A DNA stretch of 64,000 bases from Rebecca billardiae RCC1528 (Eukaryota; Protista; Haptophyta). The notes under the pieces were generated by a model that was given only the letters and a program-made list of their open reading frames with translations, did no database searches and was not told the origin of the DNA. Position 1 is the first letter of the stretch. Each line of letters starts with the position of its first letter. The translations under genes were made by a program, and so were the position numbers. The stretch spans positions 558,001 to 622,000 of the forward strand of contig OZ251229.1 of NCBI GenBank assembly GCA_965240325.2, given 5' to 3'. This document shows positions 45,737-56,372 of this stretch, one piece after another.

Positions 45737-48700
45737 TCAGCCGCCGCGCCCGGCGCCGTCCGCGGCGCCCGTCGTGCGCGCGCAGACGAAGTGGTGGTAT
45801 GGTCGCGCGCCGGGAAGCGAGGAGCGACAGTTGGAGACTACCCAACCTTGTGGCGTGTGCAGTGCGCACGCGGTGGGCGAGTCGCCGCGCGGCACGTTTG
45901 CCTCCGACGTGTCGGCGGCGGGCACGCCATGGTCGCCGTGCTCGGCTGCCTCGCCGCGCGCCCAGCCGGTGTAGTCCGCGGGCGCCAGCGCGCTGCCGTC
46001 CTCCGCCCACCGCCAGCGGCCGCCGGGGGTGCGCCAGAGGCCGATCCACGCATAGGCGGAGTCGACGGCGCGCATGCACTGCACGAGCCGATCGTCCTCC
46101 GCCGTGCGGACGCTCGCGAGCGCGCCGCCCTCGGCCGCGCACGCCGCGCGCGCGTGCGTCCACTCCTCCATGCTCGGCGCGCCGAACGGGCGCGCGCGCG
46201 CGCTCGAGAGTCGATAGCTGAGCGCGGCGCCGGCCGACGCGCTGGGCCGCCAGCCGGCTTCGTCGGGCGCGTGCGCTGCGAGCAGCGCGGCGCACGCGCC
46301 GCAGTCCGCCTGGCCTGTGCCGCCGAGCGCGGCGCCGAGGGCCGCGAGCGCGCCGAGCGGCAGCAGCGCGAGCACCGCCCAGCAGAGGCCGCGCAGCGCG
46401 GGCACGAGCCAGCGCGCGGCCGGCCCGCGGCCCCCGCTGCCGCTCGAGGAGCCGAACGAGTTGGTCGAGGCGTTGGCGCTCAGGGCGGGGTTGCCGGAGC
46501 CCCGGCGCGAGCTCGCGGCCGAGTGCCCGCGCGCCCTGCCCGTGACAGACGCCACGTGGCCGCGCGCCCCGGCCTCCTCCTCATCGTCCGAGCCCTCATC
46601 GGCGCTGCCGCGCGCCGCGACCACCGCTCCGACTCCGAGCAGGCTCTCGGTGGCCTCGGCCTCAAACGACGCGTGCGCGGCGGCGGAGGCCTCGTACAGG
46701 CGCGCGTGGTGCAGCAGCGCGCGCGCGCGCTGGTTGAACGTGTCGAACGAGCCGCACGCCACCTCGATGCACGCGCGCAGCCGGTCGTAGTCGTCCTGCA
46801 TGGCGCACGTTGCCTCGGCCGCGTCAAAGGTCGCCAGCTCGGCCGCGTGCGCGCCGGGCAGCATGCGGATCTCGACGCCCTCCTGCGCGGGCGCGTGCTG
46901 CCGCGACATGGCGCCCGAGAGCGTGGTGCCGAGCGAGCACGCGGAGGAGACGGAGGCGTTCGACGCCGCGCGGACGAGGCGCGGCTTCGTCGGCGAGTTG
47001 AGCAGCGCGCCCGGCGTGCCGCAGCCGCCGCCGCTCAGCCGCTCAGCCAGCTTGGCCGAGCTCGCGCCGCCGAAGGAGCCGCCGCGCTGCCGCCACGGCG
47101 ACGGAGACGCGGCCGCCGACGAGAGAGCGCCGGGCAGACGCAGAGCGCCCGGGTCGAGCGTGCGCCGCTTGAAGCTGCCGGTGCCTCCGCCCGCGCTGTG
47201 CTCGCCCGCGGCGGCCTGCAGCGCAGCGACCACCGCCGGGGAGCTCACGTCCCCACTGCCGCTGCGCTCGGCACGGCCGGCGCCGCGCCCGCCGCCACTT
47301 GCCCGCGTCGTGGGTGTGACGGGGCTCCGAGCGCCGGTCGGCGTGCGGAGGTCCTTGGTGGGCGGCACGTCGACGGAGAGGCCGGCCGGGCGCGTGGGCA
47401 CGGTCGAGGGGTCCGGCTCGCCCTCCTCCCGATGCGGCTCGAGCCCCTCGTCGTCGGGCGCCGAGCGCGGCGTCAGCACTGCCGACGAGTTTGCATCGGA
47501 CAGCGCGGCCGACGCGCGCGTCAGCCGGATGGGCGGCGTGCGGCGGCCGCGCTCAGGGGCCGCGTCGGCGTCGGCGTCGGCGGCGGGCTCGGCCGCGGGC
47601 GCGCCGACGTCGGGGCGCGAGCCCACCGTCGAAGCGAGCGTCGACTCGTCCCGGGCCTCGCCCTCCGGATCCTCCCGCACCGCACGCGAGAGCGCGCCCA
47701 GCTCTCGCTCTGCGCTACGCTCTGCGCCTCGCCCTGCGCCGTCCTCCGGCTCAGCGGACGGGAGGGCGGGCTGCACGCGCGAGCGCACGCCGCTCGGGCT
47801 CGTGTCGGTGGCCTCCTGCGCGGCGAGGAGCGCGGCGCTGATGCGGCTGGGCGAGGGCGGCGGCACGCCCACGGCCGCCGCGCCGGGCACGCCCAGCTGC
47901 CCGCCGCGCGCGCCCCCGCCACTCCGCACCCTGTGCAGCACGTCTTCGGAGCTGTGAGCGCGCCGGGCGAAGCCGCCGCGCAGCATCGGCGGCGGCGCGC
48001 GCCCGTGGCCGTTGGCGTTGGCGACGCCGTGCGAGCCGCCGCCGCTGCAGCGCGTGGAGCCGTCAAAGTGCACGCTCTTGCTGAAGCTGCCCGCGCCGCC
48101 GCCGCCGCGCTCGTCTGCCGCCAGGCCCATGTCTGTGCGCCGCCGATCGACGGGCGTGACGGGGCCGCTGCGCGCCGGGGGCCGGGCGCTGCGACGCCCG
48201 TCCGCGCTCGCAGCCTCGCCGCGGCTGCTCGTGCCGCCCGCCGCGGCGCCCGGCCCGGCGGCGGGGACGGCGGCGAGCTCGCCGGGCGTGGAGCACGAGG
48301 CCGCCGAGCTGTGCGCGCCGCGAGCGAACCGCTCCGGGCTGCTGGCGCGCAGAGACGGGCTGCTCAGCCGATCGCTGGCAGTGCCGCCGCCGCCGCCGCC
48401 GGCGCCGCCGTGCGCGCCTCGGCCCTGGTGCATCTGGTCGAAGACGAAGAGCTCGATGGCGCACCACATCCGCTTGAGGTACGTCGGGCCCGCGAGCACG
48501 AGCAGCGAGCGGCAGCCCGCCAGATAGATGGGCAGGTGAGGCAGGTCGCGCGGCGGGTCTGTCTGGTCGATGCACGCGCGGTCCAGCCACAGCCGAGGCT
48601 CGCGCCCGTAGTACCTGACGAACTGCGCGCGCCACGCGCTGAGCGCGCTCCAGCGCGCCGAGGCGGAGTCATGCCAGCTGCACGCGCGGCGGGGCGGGGA

Positions 48701-50127
48701 GGCAGGAGGGCACGCGCGCGTGAGCCGCGGCGGCGCGGCGGCGCGCACGAGGCCGCGCCGCGCGCGTGCGCGCCGCACGGCGCGTATAGCGCTCACGAGT
48801 GAGACACAAAGGCGTCGACGCCGTCGATGGCGGCCGGCTCGGAGAGCTCGTACCACGAGTTGTCGACGGGCGCGACGCTCGCCGAGCCGCCTCCGCCGCC
48901 GCCGCCCGCGAGCGAGAGCATCGCCGCCGCCGACGGGAGCTCGGCGCCGCGCGGCGTCGGCTGGCGCGCTCGCTCAAAGACGGCGGGCGTGAGCTTGTCC
49001 GCCGAGATGCAGCGGAAGCGGGACTCGGCGGTGGCGATGGCGTGCTGCGCGTCCTGCGTGGAGCCGAGGAGCGTGGCGATGCCCGCGGCCGCGGAGACCC
49101 CCTCGCCCCGCGCCGCGAGCCAGTTGTGCACGCGCAGCTGCACCGACGGGTGCACGCAGAAGGCCGCGCCGCCGAGGGTGACGGCCACAAACAGACCCAT
49201 CGGCAGGAGCGACGCCTCCGGCCGCGTGGGCGTGGGCGCGAGGGCGAGGGTGGCGAGGAGGTGGTACGCGCCCGCCGCGGCGTGCGCGGCGTACACGCAG
49301 CCCGCCACGCGCCACAGCCGCAGCAGCAGCCGCCGCGTCGGCACCGAGCCGCGCCGGAGCGCGACCGCGCCGAGCAGGTAGCACGAGCCGCACGCGCACG
49401 CGCCCGCCGCGTACAGCAGCGCGACCGCGTCGAGGCGGAAGCGGAGCGAGCCGCGGCACGCGCGCGCGCCCAGGTCGTGCTGGACGTGCGCGAGCCCCGC
49501 CGCCGCGCTCGCGCCGCACGCCACCGCGAGGAACACCACCACGAACCACGTCACCGCGCGCACCGCGTGCGCGTCGGTCGGGGGCAGCGCGAGCACGAGG
49601 AGCGGCAGCACGGCGCTCGCGAGCGCGCCGCCGATGTACCAGAGGGCGGAGTGCGCGGGCGTGCCCGCGTACAGGCCCGCGGCGATGAGACCAATCAGCA
49701 CGCCCGCCGCGAGTGGCGGCCAGCTCACGCGCCGCCGGTACGAGCGGCCGGCGCGGCGCGCCTCCGCGAGCTGTGCCTGCATCCGCTCGATCGTCGGCTC
49801 CGACGGGCGGCGGTAGCGCGTGGACTCGGCGGTGGCGGTTGTCGGCGAGGGCGGCGTCGCCTGCTGCGCGGGGCCAAGCGTGCGCAACCCCAGCCGACGC
49901 CGCCGCTTCGAGGCGGACGAGGCCGGGCTCCGCTCGTCCGACTCTGTCGAGCGCGGCGACATGTTGACGCTGTGCCTTGCCGCCGCCGGTGCCAGCGCGC
50001 TCGGCTCGTCGACCGGAATCTGGCGCGTGACGCGCAGCGGCATGCCGCCGACTAGGGCGACCTCCGCGTCCGCGCCGCGGCGGTCAGCGGCGGCGCCTGT
50101 GCTCGCATCGGTGGCGGCTGGCGACAT
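45737..50127 (-). CDS. Multi-TM + TIR-like domain + TM + C-type lectin receptor-like protein (~1420 aa)
   Basis: Intron 48678-48796 joins DAFVSHS|WHD; LWLDRACIDQ, LPIYLAGCRSLLVLAGPTYLKRMWCAIELF; CTLD W..ARAAC...GGALASV, AWIGL, WRW.DG, YTGWARGE, FVC. Confidence 0.85.
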
Positions 50128-50363
50128 GCTTGACGCTGCGCCCGCGCGCAGGGGTCTCAGCGCGACCCCCCACTCTCGGTCGTCACGGGGGCGCGAGAAC
50201 AAAATCCGTGTCAGTGTCTCCGTCTGCGCCGGAGAGAAACCGAGTGGACTCTCCCAACTACATACCTACTGGAGCTCACGCAGGACTGCTCGGTTAAACA
50301 GGCGGTTCGGATGATTTAGATTGCGAGGTGGGTGCCTGGAGCACTCAATCCCGTCCTGATGAT

Positions 50364-51979
50364 GGCCCGCGGTGCAGGGCGGAGCGCGCAGCGTGGAGCC
50401 CGCACCAGCGGGCCCGAACCACGTTTCAAAAAGATCTTTGATCAAGAAAAAAGGGACGGGGGGCGATTTTTAGGGCTGGCGGAGACCGAGTTTCGAGTTT
50501 TTGAGATCGCATAGAGAGGTCTATTAGGCCGAAAATAAGCGCGTCCAGCTCATTCCCTTAAGTAAAGTGCGATCTGGACGTCAGCTGGACGTGACATTAA
50601 CGTAACGGTTCGTTACGAGCGCGATTTTGTGGGTAGACTCTCGTTCATGTGTGATAGTTTGCCTCCGCCTTGATGAATATGAACTTGGCTTCGCGGCGGT
50701 TGGTATCTAGAGTCTAAAACCCGCAAGCCTTATTGAAAATACCCGCGCAGCTATTCGTTGCCAGCCCATTCCATAGTCACTGACTTACCGAGCTGGCGAG
50801 CTCAAAACCTGCCGTCGTCGCAAGGACGACGTGCTGTGCAGGTTTCTTCTGCTGGGGTGGCGAGCGAGCCTCGACGACTCTTGGTTGGTCCGCAAGGGGG
50901 CGCTCGATGGGCAGGTGCGCGTGGCAAGTGCCGAGTGGCGCCTGGAGCGCGCGTCTGCGGCGGGTCCCGACGGCCGTCGACATCGCGTTCGTGCCCGCTC
51001 ACTAGTCACTCCGCACGCCCCTGCCGCGCCCTGTCGATGCCTGCGCGGCCGGCCGGCGCGCCGGCCGCGCCGCCGCCGCCGCAGCCGCCGCCCTGTGTTC
51101 GGGCTCTCGCAAGCTCGGGGGCAGCGGCGCATGATGCCGGACTGATCGATCTCGGAGTCTCCGACTTCACCACACGCCCCCCTTGCCATGCCTCTCCGCC
51201 AGGGTCTCCCAGAACTCTTCTTCAGAGCAGGCGCAAGTCGAACTCGGAACTGGCCGCGGCCCCGCGCGCCGTCGGCTCCCCGTGGCTGTCAGCTCCGCGT
51301 GGCCTGGGCGCCTGGCGTGCCCAGAGCTGGCCGTGCCTCTGCGACGCGTGCCGAGCCTGACCGAGGTGTGTCACCCCGTGCACGCGCGGCGCGCGCAAGC
51401 ACCGGTGCTGCATGGCTGCTCGCACCGTGCTCCCTGGCTCGCGGTCAGTCAGCTCGGCCGCGTGGTGCCTGGTGTGCACGTAGAGTCGCGCTCATGCGTC
51501 GCTCACGCCTCGCGCCCGCCTGTCGGCCGTCGCGCAGGCGCGCAGGTCGAACCCTACTGACCTGCAGATCATCTACTCCTGCGCTGCTGGCGTCGCGGCG
51601 ACGACGGTCAGCGGCAGGCCCGAACGAACGGTCGAATCCGCGCGGTCCCGCGCCGTCCGGCTCCCTGGCTGTCAGTCAGCTCCGCCGGTGGCCTGGCGTG
51701 CAAGAGTCGCGCTCGTGCGTCGATCACGCCGAGTCGCATCCGCCTGTCGGCCGTCGCGCACGCGCAGGGGGTCAGGTAAGGGCCGTCTGTGATGAGGGCA
51801 GCTCGGCCGACGACCGACATCCACACTCGGCGCACGCCGGCGGCGGCGCGGCGCTGGGGCGGCGCGCCGCTGGATGGAGTCTAGTTACACGTGTACGGGA
51901 CGACTGCGACGGAGGGTGCACCGCCACCGCGGGCCCCGAACTACGTTCGTTCTACGGAAAAGGACCGCGGAACGCGGTC
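50364..51979. mobile_element. Dispersed ~1.6-kb non-autonomous element, copy 1
   Basis: Shares both ends and much of the interior with 59223-60892; AT on both flanks; hairpins at each end. Confidence 0.85.
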
Positions 51980-52911
51980 ATATGAGACCTCACTGCTAAT
52001 GAGGTGCTATTACTATTATTTTATTATTTTATAATAATATAGGCAAGTCAGAGTTGGATGAATATCCCTGGGACGGCAATATGAGTTTGATATCGATCTT
52101 GAGCGCATCAGAATTCATCAAGCAGCCCTGAAACGCTACCAATCAAGGCAGATCGCAGTACATATCTCACTTGTACCAATGAGGGAGATCGACCGGACTA
52201 CTCCGGCGCGTGCGGCACCCAACTGCAAAGCGACCCGCCCCGATCGTGAGCGGTCTAAAAACGGGCCGCCGTCCAGCGCCGCACTGACAGCCGGGCCTGT
52301 CGCGTGATGATGAGCGGAAGGCGAGGGTCTCGCCGACATCAGCAAGACGAGAACGCCAACCGACGGGGCAATGTTGCCGCGCTGAGGACTTAGCCTTAGT
52401 CAACACGGGTGACGGACTACTAAAAACTATTACGACGCGGTTCGGCAGCGCGGGCAGTCTCATGGAGTCATGCGCTCGACCAGGAGGCCGCGAGTTCCAG
52501 TGTGTGGGGCGTGGCCTGCGATGCGACATGTAGGGCGGGCGCATGGAAATGAGGCGGTCGCGGTGTGGGATACGCGCGCGACGCTTCGGCCGCCTCCAGC
52601 TCCGCCCCGCCTGCTGCTAGTTGCCGTGCCGCATCACTCATTCTGAGGCCATCGAGGGCCCCGTCAGGGCACCCACGGTGTTCCCAAGCATGCGCCTGCC
52701 GTGCACCGGCACGCTTGCCAGAGCTCGTGCCCAGCGCGTACTGGCCACCGACAGGCGATCGGCTGGCTTGACTGACGGGAAGGAGCGTTCGCGCGCCACG
52801 AGCTCGTATGACCCATGTCACCCATCGGCCATCATAGGTACGCTCCTGGTTTTCCGGATCGGCTCTCGGTTCCTCAACAGGACTCTGGCAGTGGGACTGC
52901 GCACTGCCGGG

Positions 52912-54633
52912 ATGCACGCGTCATCCTTCGCGATGCGCCGCCCGCAGCAGCTGCTCGCCGCGGCGACGCTCTCGGCGGCCGCCGCCGCGACGGGCTCGCT
53001 AGCCCGCGGGTCTGAGCCCAAGCGCGTGTGCGTGATCGGTGCGGGCGCCGCCGGCCTCGCCAGCGCGCGCCGGCTGCGCGAGGCCGGTCACTCGCCGATC
53101 GTGCTGGAGCGAGGCGACACGGTAGGGGGCCTCTGGGCGCTCGGGCGGCGGCCGGGCGGCGTGCTGTACGACGGGCTCGTGACCAACCTGCCGAAGGAGG
53201 TCATGGCGTTCCACGACTTCCCCTTCGACCCCGCGCTCCCCAGCTACGTCACCGCCGCTGACATGGCCACGTACCTGGAGCGTTTTGCGGACGCGCACGC
53301 GCTGCGACCGCTCGTGCGCCTCGGCTGCTCGGTGCGCGACGTGTCGCCCGAGGGCGCGGCGCGCGCGGACGAGGGGCTGGGCGTGGCGCGCTGGCGCGTG
53401 CGCTACGACGTGCACGCCGACGCGCCCGCCGAGCCGCGCGAGGAGAGCTTCGACGCGGTCGTCGTCGCGAACGGTCACTACGATCGGAGCGTCACGCCGC
53501 CGCTGCCCGGCCTCGCCGAGTTCGAGGCGGCGGGTGGGCGCGTGGAGCACGCGCGCGCGTACGACCGGCCCGAGCCGTACGCGGGCAAGAGCGTGCTCGT
53601 CGTCGGCGCCCGCGCCTCGGGCACCGACATCGCGCGCGAGATCTCTGCGCACGCCGCGCGCGTGCTGGTCGCTGACACGGCGTGCGCGCCGCGCGACGAC
53701 GCGCCCGAGCGCTTCGAGAGCGCGTTCGCCAAGGCGGGCGCGGTGTGGCGCGTGCCCAGGCTCGAGGGCCTCGACGGCGCGCGCCGCGCCGCGCGCTTCG
53801 CCGGCGGGCTGGAGGAGGCCGGCCTCGACGTGCTCCTCTTCTGCACGGGCTACGACTACGACTTCCCCTTCCTGAAGGGGAAGTCTGCCGCGCTCCTCCC
53901 AGGCACGGCGCCGCCGCCCAGCGCGGCCCGCGCGGCCGGCGCGGCGGACGGCGGCGCGGAGGAGCGCGGCGTGATCGGGCCCGGCGCGGACGCGGGCGCC
54001 GCCGTGGCCGCCGCGCCGCCCGCGCCGGGCAGCCTGGGCCTCGCGTGGGGCTCGCGCCGCGTGCACCCGCTCTACCTGCAGCTGTTTGCGGCCGCGGCGC
54101 CGTCCCTGTCTTTCATCGGCATCCCGCACTCGGTCGTGCCCTTCCCGCTCTTCGACGTGCAGGCGAGGCTGGTGGCGCGCGTGCTGGGCGGCGAGGCCGA
54201 GCTGCCCGGGCTGCCCGCGCGGCTGTCCGCCGTCGACGAGCTGTACGCCTCGAGGCGCCGGCCGGAGGACACGCACCACCTCGGCAGCCAGCAGTGGGAC
54301 TACTGCCGCCAGCTCGGACGTGCTGGGGGCTTCCTCGACGCTGAGCTCGAGGCCAAGCTGCGCGCCGCGGAGGCCATCTACGACGACGCGTCGGTGCGCC
54401 GGCCGCGCTACCCGGGCGCGGACGACGTGTACCGGCAGAATCAGTACGAGCTGCTGCCGAGCACACTCGCGGCCGGCGCGACGGTGGGCGGTGCAGAGCC
54501 GGCCGGCGGCGGCGCGGCCACGGGCACGTGCGCAAGCGCGCCGACCACCACGCGTGTCGGGCGCGCGCGCGTCACGCTCGGTGACGGCAGCGGCTCGCAC
54601 GAGTTCGAGTGGCCTCTGCCGTCCGCTGCGTAG
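52912..54633 (+). CDS. Flavin-containing monooxygenase (FMO, class B)
   Basis: VCVIGAGAAGL, VGGLW, LYDGLVTNLPKEVMAF, VVVANGHY, HARAY, VLVVGARASGTDI, FCTGY; alternative ATG at 52933. Confidence 0.95.
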   Translation: MHASSFAMRRPQQLLAAATLSAAAAATGSLARGSEPKRVCVIGAGAAGLASARRLREAGHSPIVLERGDTVGGLWALGRRPGGVLYDGLVTNLPKEVMAFHDFPFDPALPSYVTAADMATYLERFADAHALRPLVRLGCSVRDVSPEGAARADEGLGVARWRVRYDVHADAPAEPREESFDAVVVANGHYDRSVTPPLPGLAEFEAAGGRVEHARAYDRPEPYAGKSVLVVGARASGTDIAREISAHAARVLVADTACAPRDDAPERFESAFAKAGAVWRVPRLEGLDGARRAARFAGGLEEAGLDVLLFCTGYDYDFPFLKGKSAALLPGTAPPPSAARAAGAADGGAEERGVIGPGADAGAAVAAAPPAPGSLGLAWGSRRVHPLYLQLFAAAAPSLSFIGIPHSVVPFPLFDVQARLVARVLGGEAELPGLPARLSAVDELYASRRRPEDTHHLGSQQWDYCRQLGRAGGFLDAELEAKLRAAEAIYDDASVRRPRYPGADDVYRQNQYELLPSTLAAGATVGGAEPAGGGAATGTCASAPTTTRVGRARVTLGDGSGSHEFEWPLPSAA

Positions 54634-55371
54634 TGAGCAGTGCAGGGGCGCGCCCACACTTCAAGCATTCGTCGTCGGCCGTACACAGCAGTCTCTGGTC
54701 GACGACTGCATGATGGAACAACGGCAGCACGCAGCGGCATGCGCAGCCTGCGGCTGCGGTCAGGCTAACAACAGACTCTGCTGGGGGCACCCTGCTGGGA
54801 TGCCTGATGCCAGCTTGAGCTGGGCTCCAGTGGGAACTGGGATTCCATGCGCATCAGACTCAGCAGTCTCATTGAGGATAGCGCAGCGCATCATCAGCGG
54901 TAGCGTCTCAGATGACCGACGAGTCGGCCGGAGCGGCAGCATGACGGCATCGCAGAGCCGGGCGCCGGTCATGCCGACGCTGCTGCCCGAGCCGGCTGCC
55001 GCTGCGGCGTCGGCCGCGGGGGCCCATCCGAGCTGCCATGCAGCATCATTAGCAGCATCATACCATGATGCATATATCCAGCGCAATCTGCTGAGGCAAG
55101 CTGCAGCTCATCATCGGTGACTCGCGCGTCAGTGACACCGCCGCCCGTCTGGCGTCGGCGGCCAGTCTGCGAGTGCGGCGCCCGTCTGCCCGGACCGCGC
55201 CGGCCCGCAGAGTGCTGACGGTGCAACTGAGTGCCGTGAGGCATCGGCGCTGTGCGGATGCATGCGGATGCATCGACGCCATCATGCTGCCACAGTCCAG
55301 CCATCTGGGCCATGCGCTTCGCGGACGATCACAGTGGGCCATGCTTGTGCCTTCTGGTCGAGCAGCTGCGC

Positions 55372-56187
55372 TCAACCTTGAAGGCGGCTCCGGATGGTGA
55401 CCTTGCGCAGCGGCTTGCCGGCGGTGCAGTACAGCTCGGACGAGCCATAACGGCAGCCCTTGGCGGGCTTGGCGCGCCCGTCGATGTCGCCCGCGAGCGC
55501 CTGGTAGCCCACCGTCTTCCCCGACTGCACTGTAGGGAGCCCATCGAGGCGCTCGAGGACGTCCAGGCCTCCCACGACCCGGCCGACAATAACGTGATCG
55601 CGATCCAGCTCAGGCGCAGCGCGAGTCGTCACCACAAACGCGCCAGCAGCATCCGTGCCGCGGCGCATGGTGACGATCCCGGGCGCGTCGTGTCGCAAGC
55701 GGCCGTCGTCATTGTCACCCTGCACGTCGGGGGGCACGCGCAGGTTGTACACCGACGCCATGGCGCCGCCGTCCACCCGGGTGCCCTTCACGACACGCCA
55801 CACCGTCGACCCGTCGTACGTCATGGGCGTGCTCTCGTAGGTGATGCAGCCTTGGACGGCACGCGCCTTCTCCAGCTTCTCCTTCTCAAAGAGGCCGTCG
55901 TTTCTGCTCGACTCGTCGCACGGCGCGGCGTACTTGCCTGCGCACAGCTCGCTGAAGATCCTCACCGCCTGGGCGTTCGCTGTTGGCTCAAGCGCAATCG
56001 TGAGCTCGCCCAGATCGCCATCAACGGCGCTGGTGAAGCCTAGAGTGGCGGTAAGCGCGGCGTGTGACACAGCCACGTGAACAGGCGCCAGAGGCAGGGC
56101 AGCCGCCACGCGCAGGACGCTCCGCCGCGACAGTGCCGCACGGCCAGAGACCGCGAGGACCCAGAGCGGGCTAAGCGCCACCACCAT
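55372..56187 (-). CDS. Divergent cyclophilin-type PPIase, probably plastid thylakoid lumen
   Basis: FSELCAG, YDGSTVWRVVKG..VDGG, LRHDAPGIVTM, FVVT...PELDRDHVIVGRVVGGLDVLERL, KPLRKVTI; hydrophobic N-terminus then SRRSVL twin-Arg motif. Confidence 0.88.
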   Translation of the reverse strand: MVVALSPLWVLAVSGRAALSRRSVLRVAAALPLAPVHVAVSHAALTATLGFTSAVDGDLGELTIALEPTANAQAVRIFSELCAGKYAAPCDESSRNDGLFEKEKLEKARAVQGCITYESTPMTYDGSTVWRVVKGTRVDGGAMASVYNLRVPPDVQGDNDDGRLRHDAPGIVTMRRGTDAAGAFVVTTRAAPELDRDHVIVGRVVGGLDVLERLDGLPTVQSGKTVGYQALAGDIDGRAKPAKGCRYGSSELYCTAGKPLRKVTIRSRLQG

Positions 56188-56372
56188 CGTTATTGTCCGC
56201 CGCAAAATAATGACGACTACGGCAATCAGGAGAATAGCCACCGTCCCGTCGGCCCCGCGTCCGGGCGCAAGTCGGACGCCGCCCGGGCCAGCCTCCCTCC
56301 TCCCGACCGTGTGTGTGGCAGCCCAGCGGCAGCGCGCCCGCACGGGTGCAGCGGCGGTGCGCTCGTCGCGTC

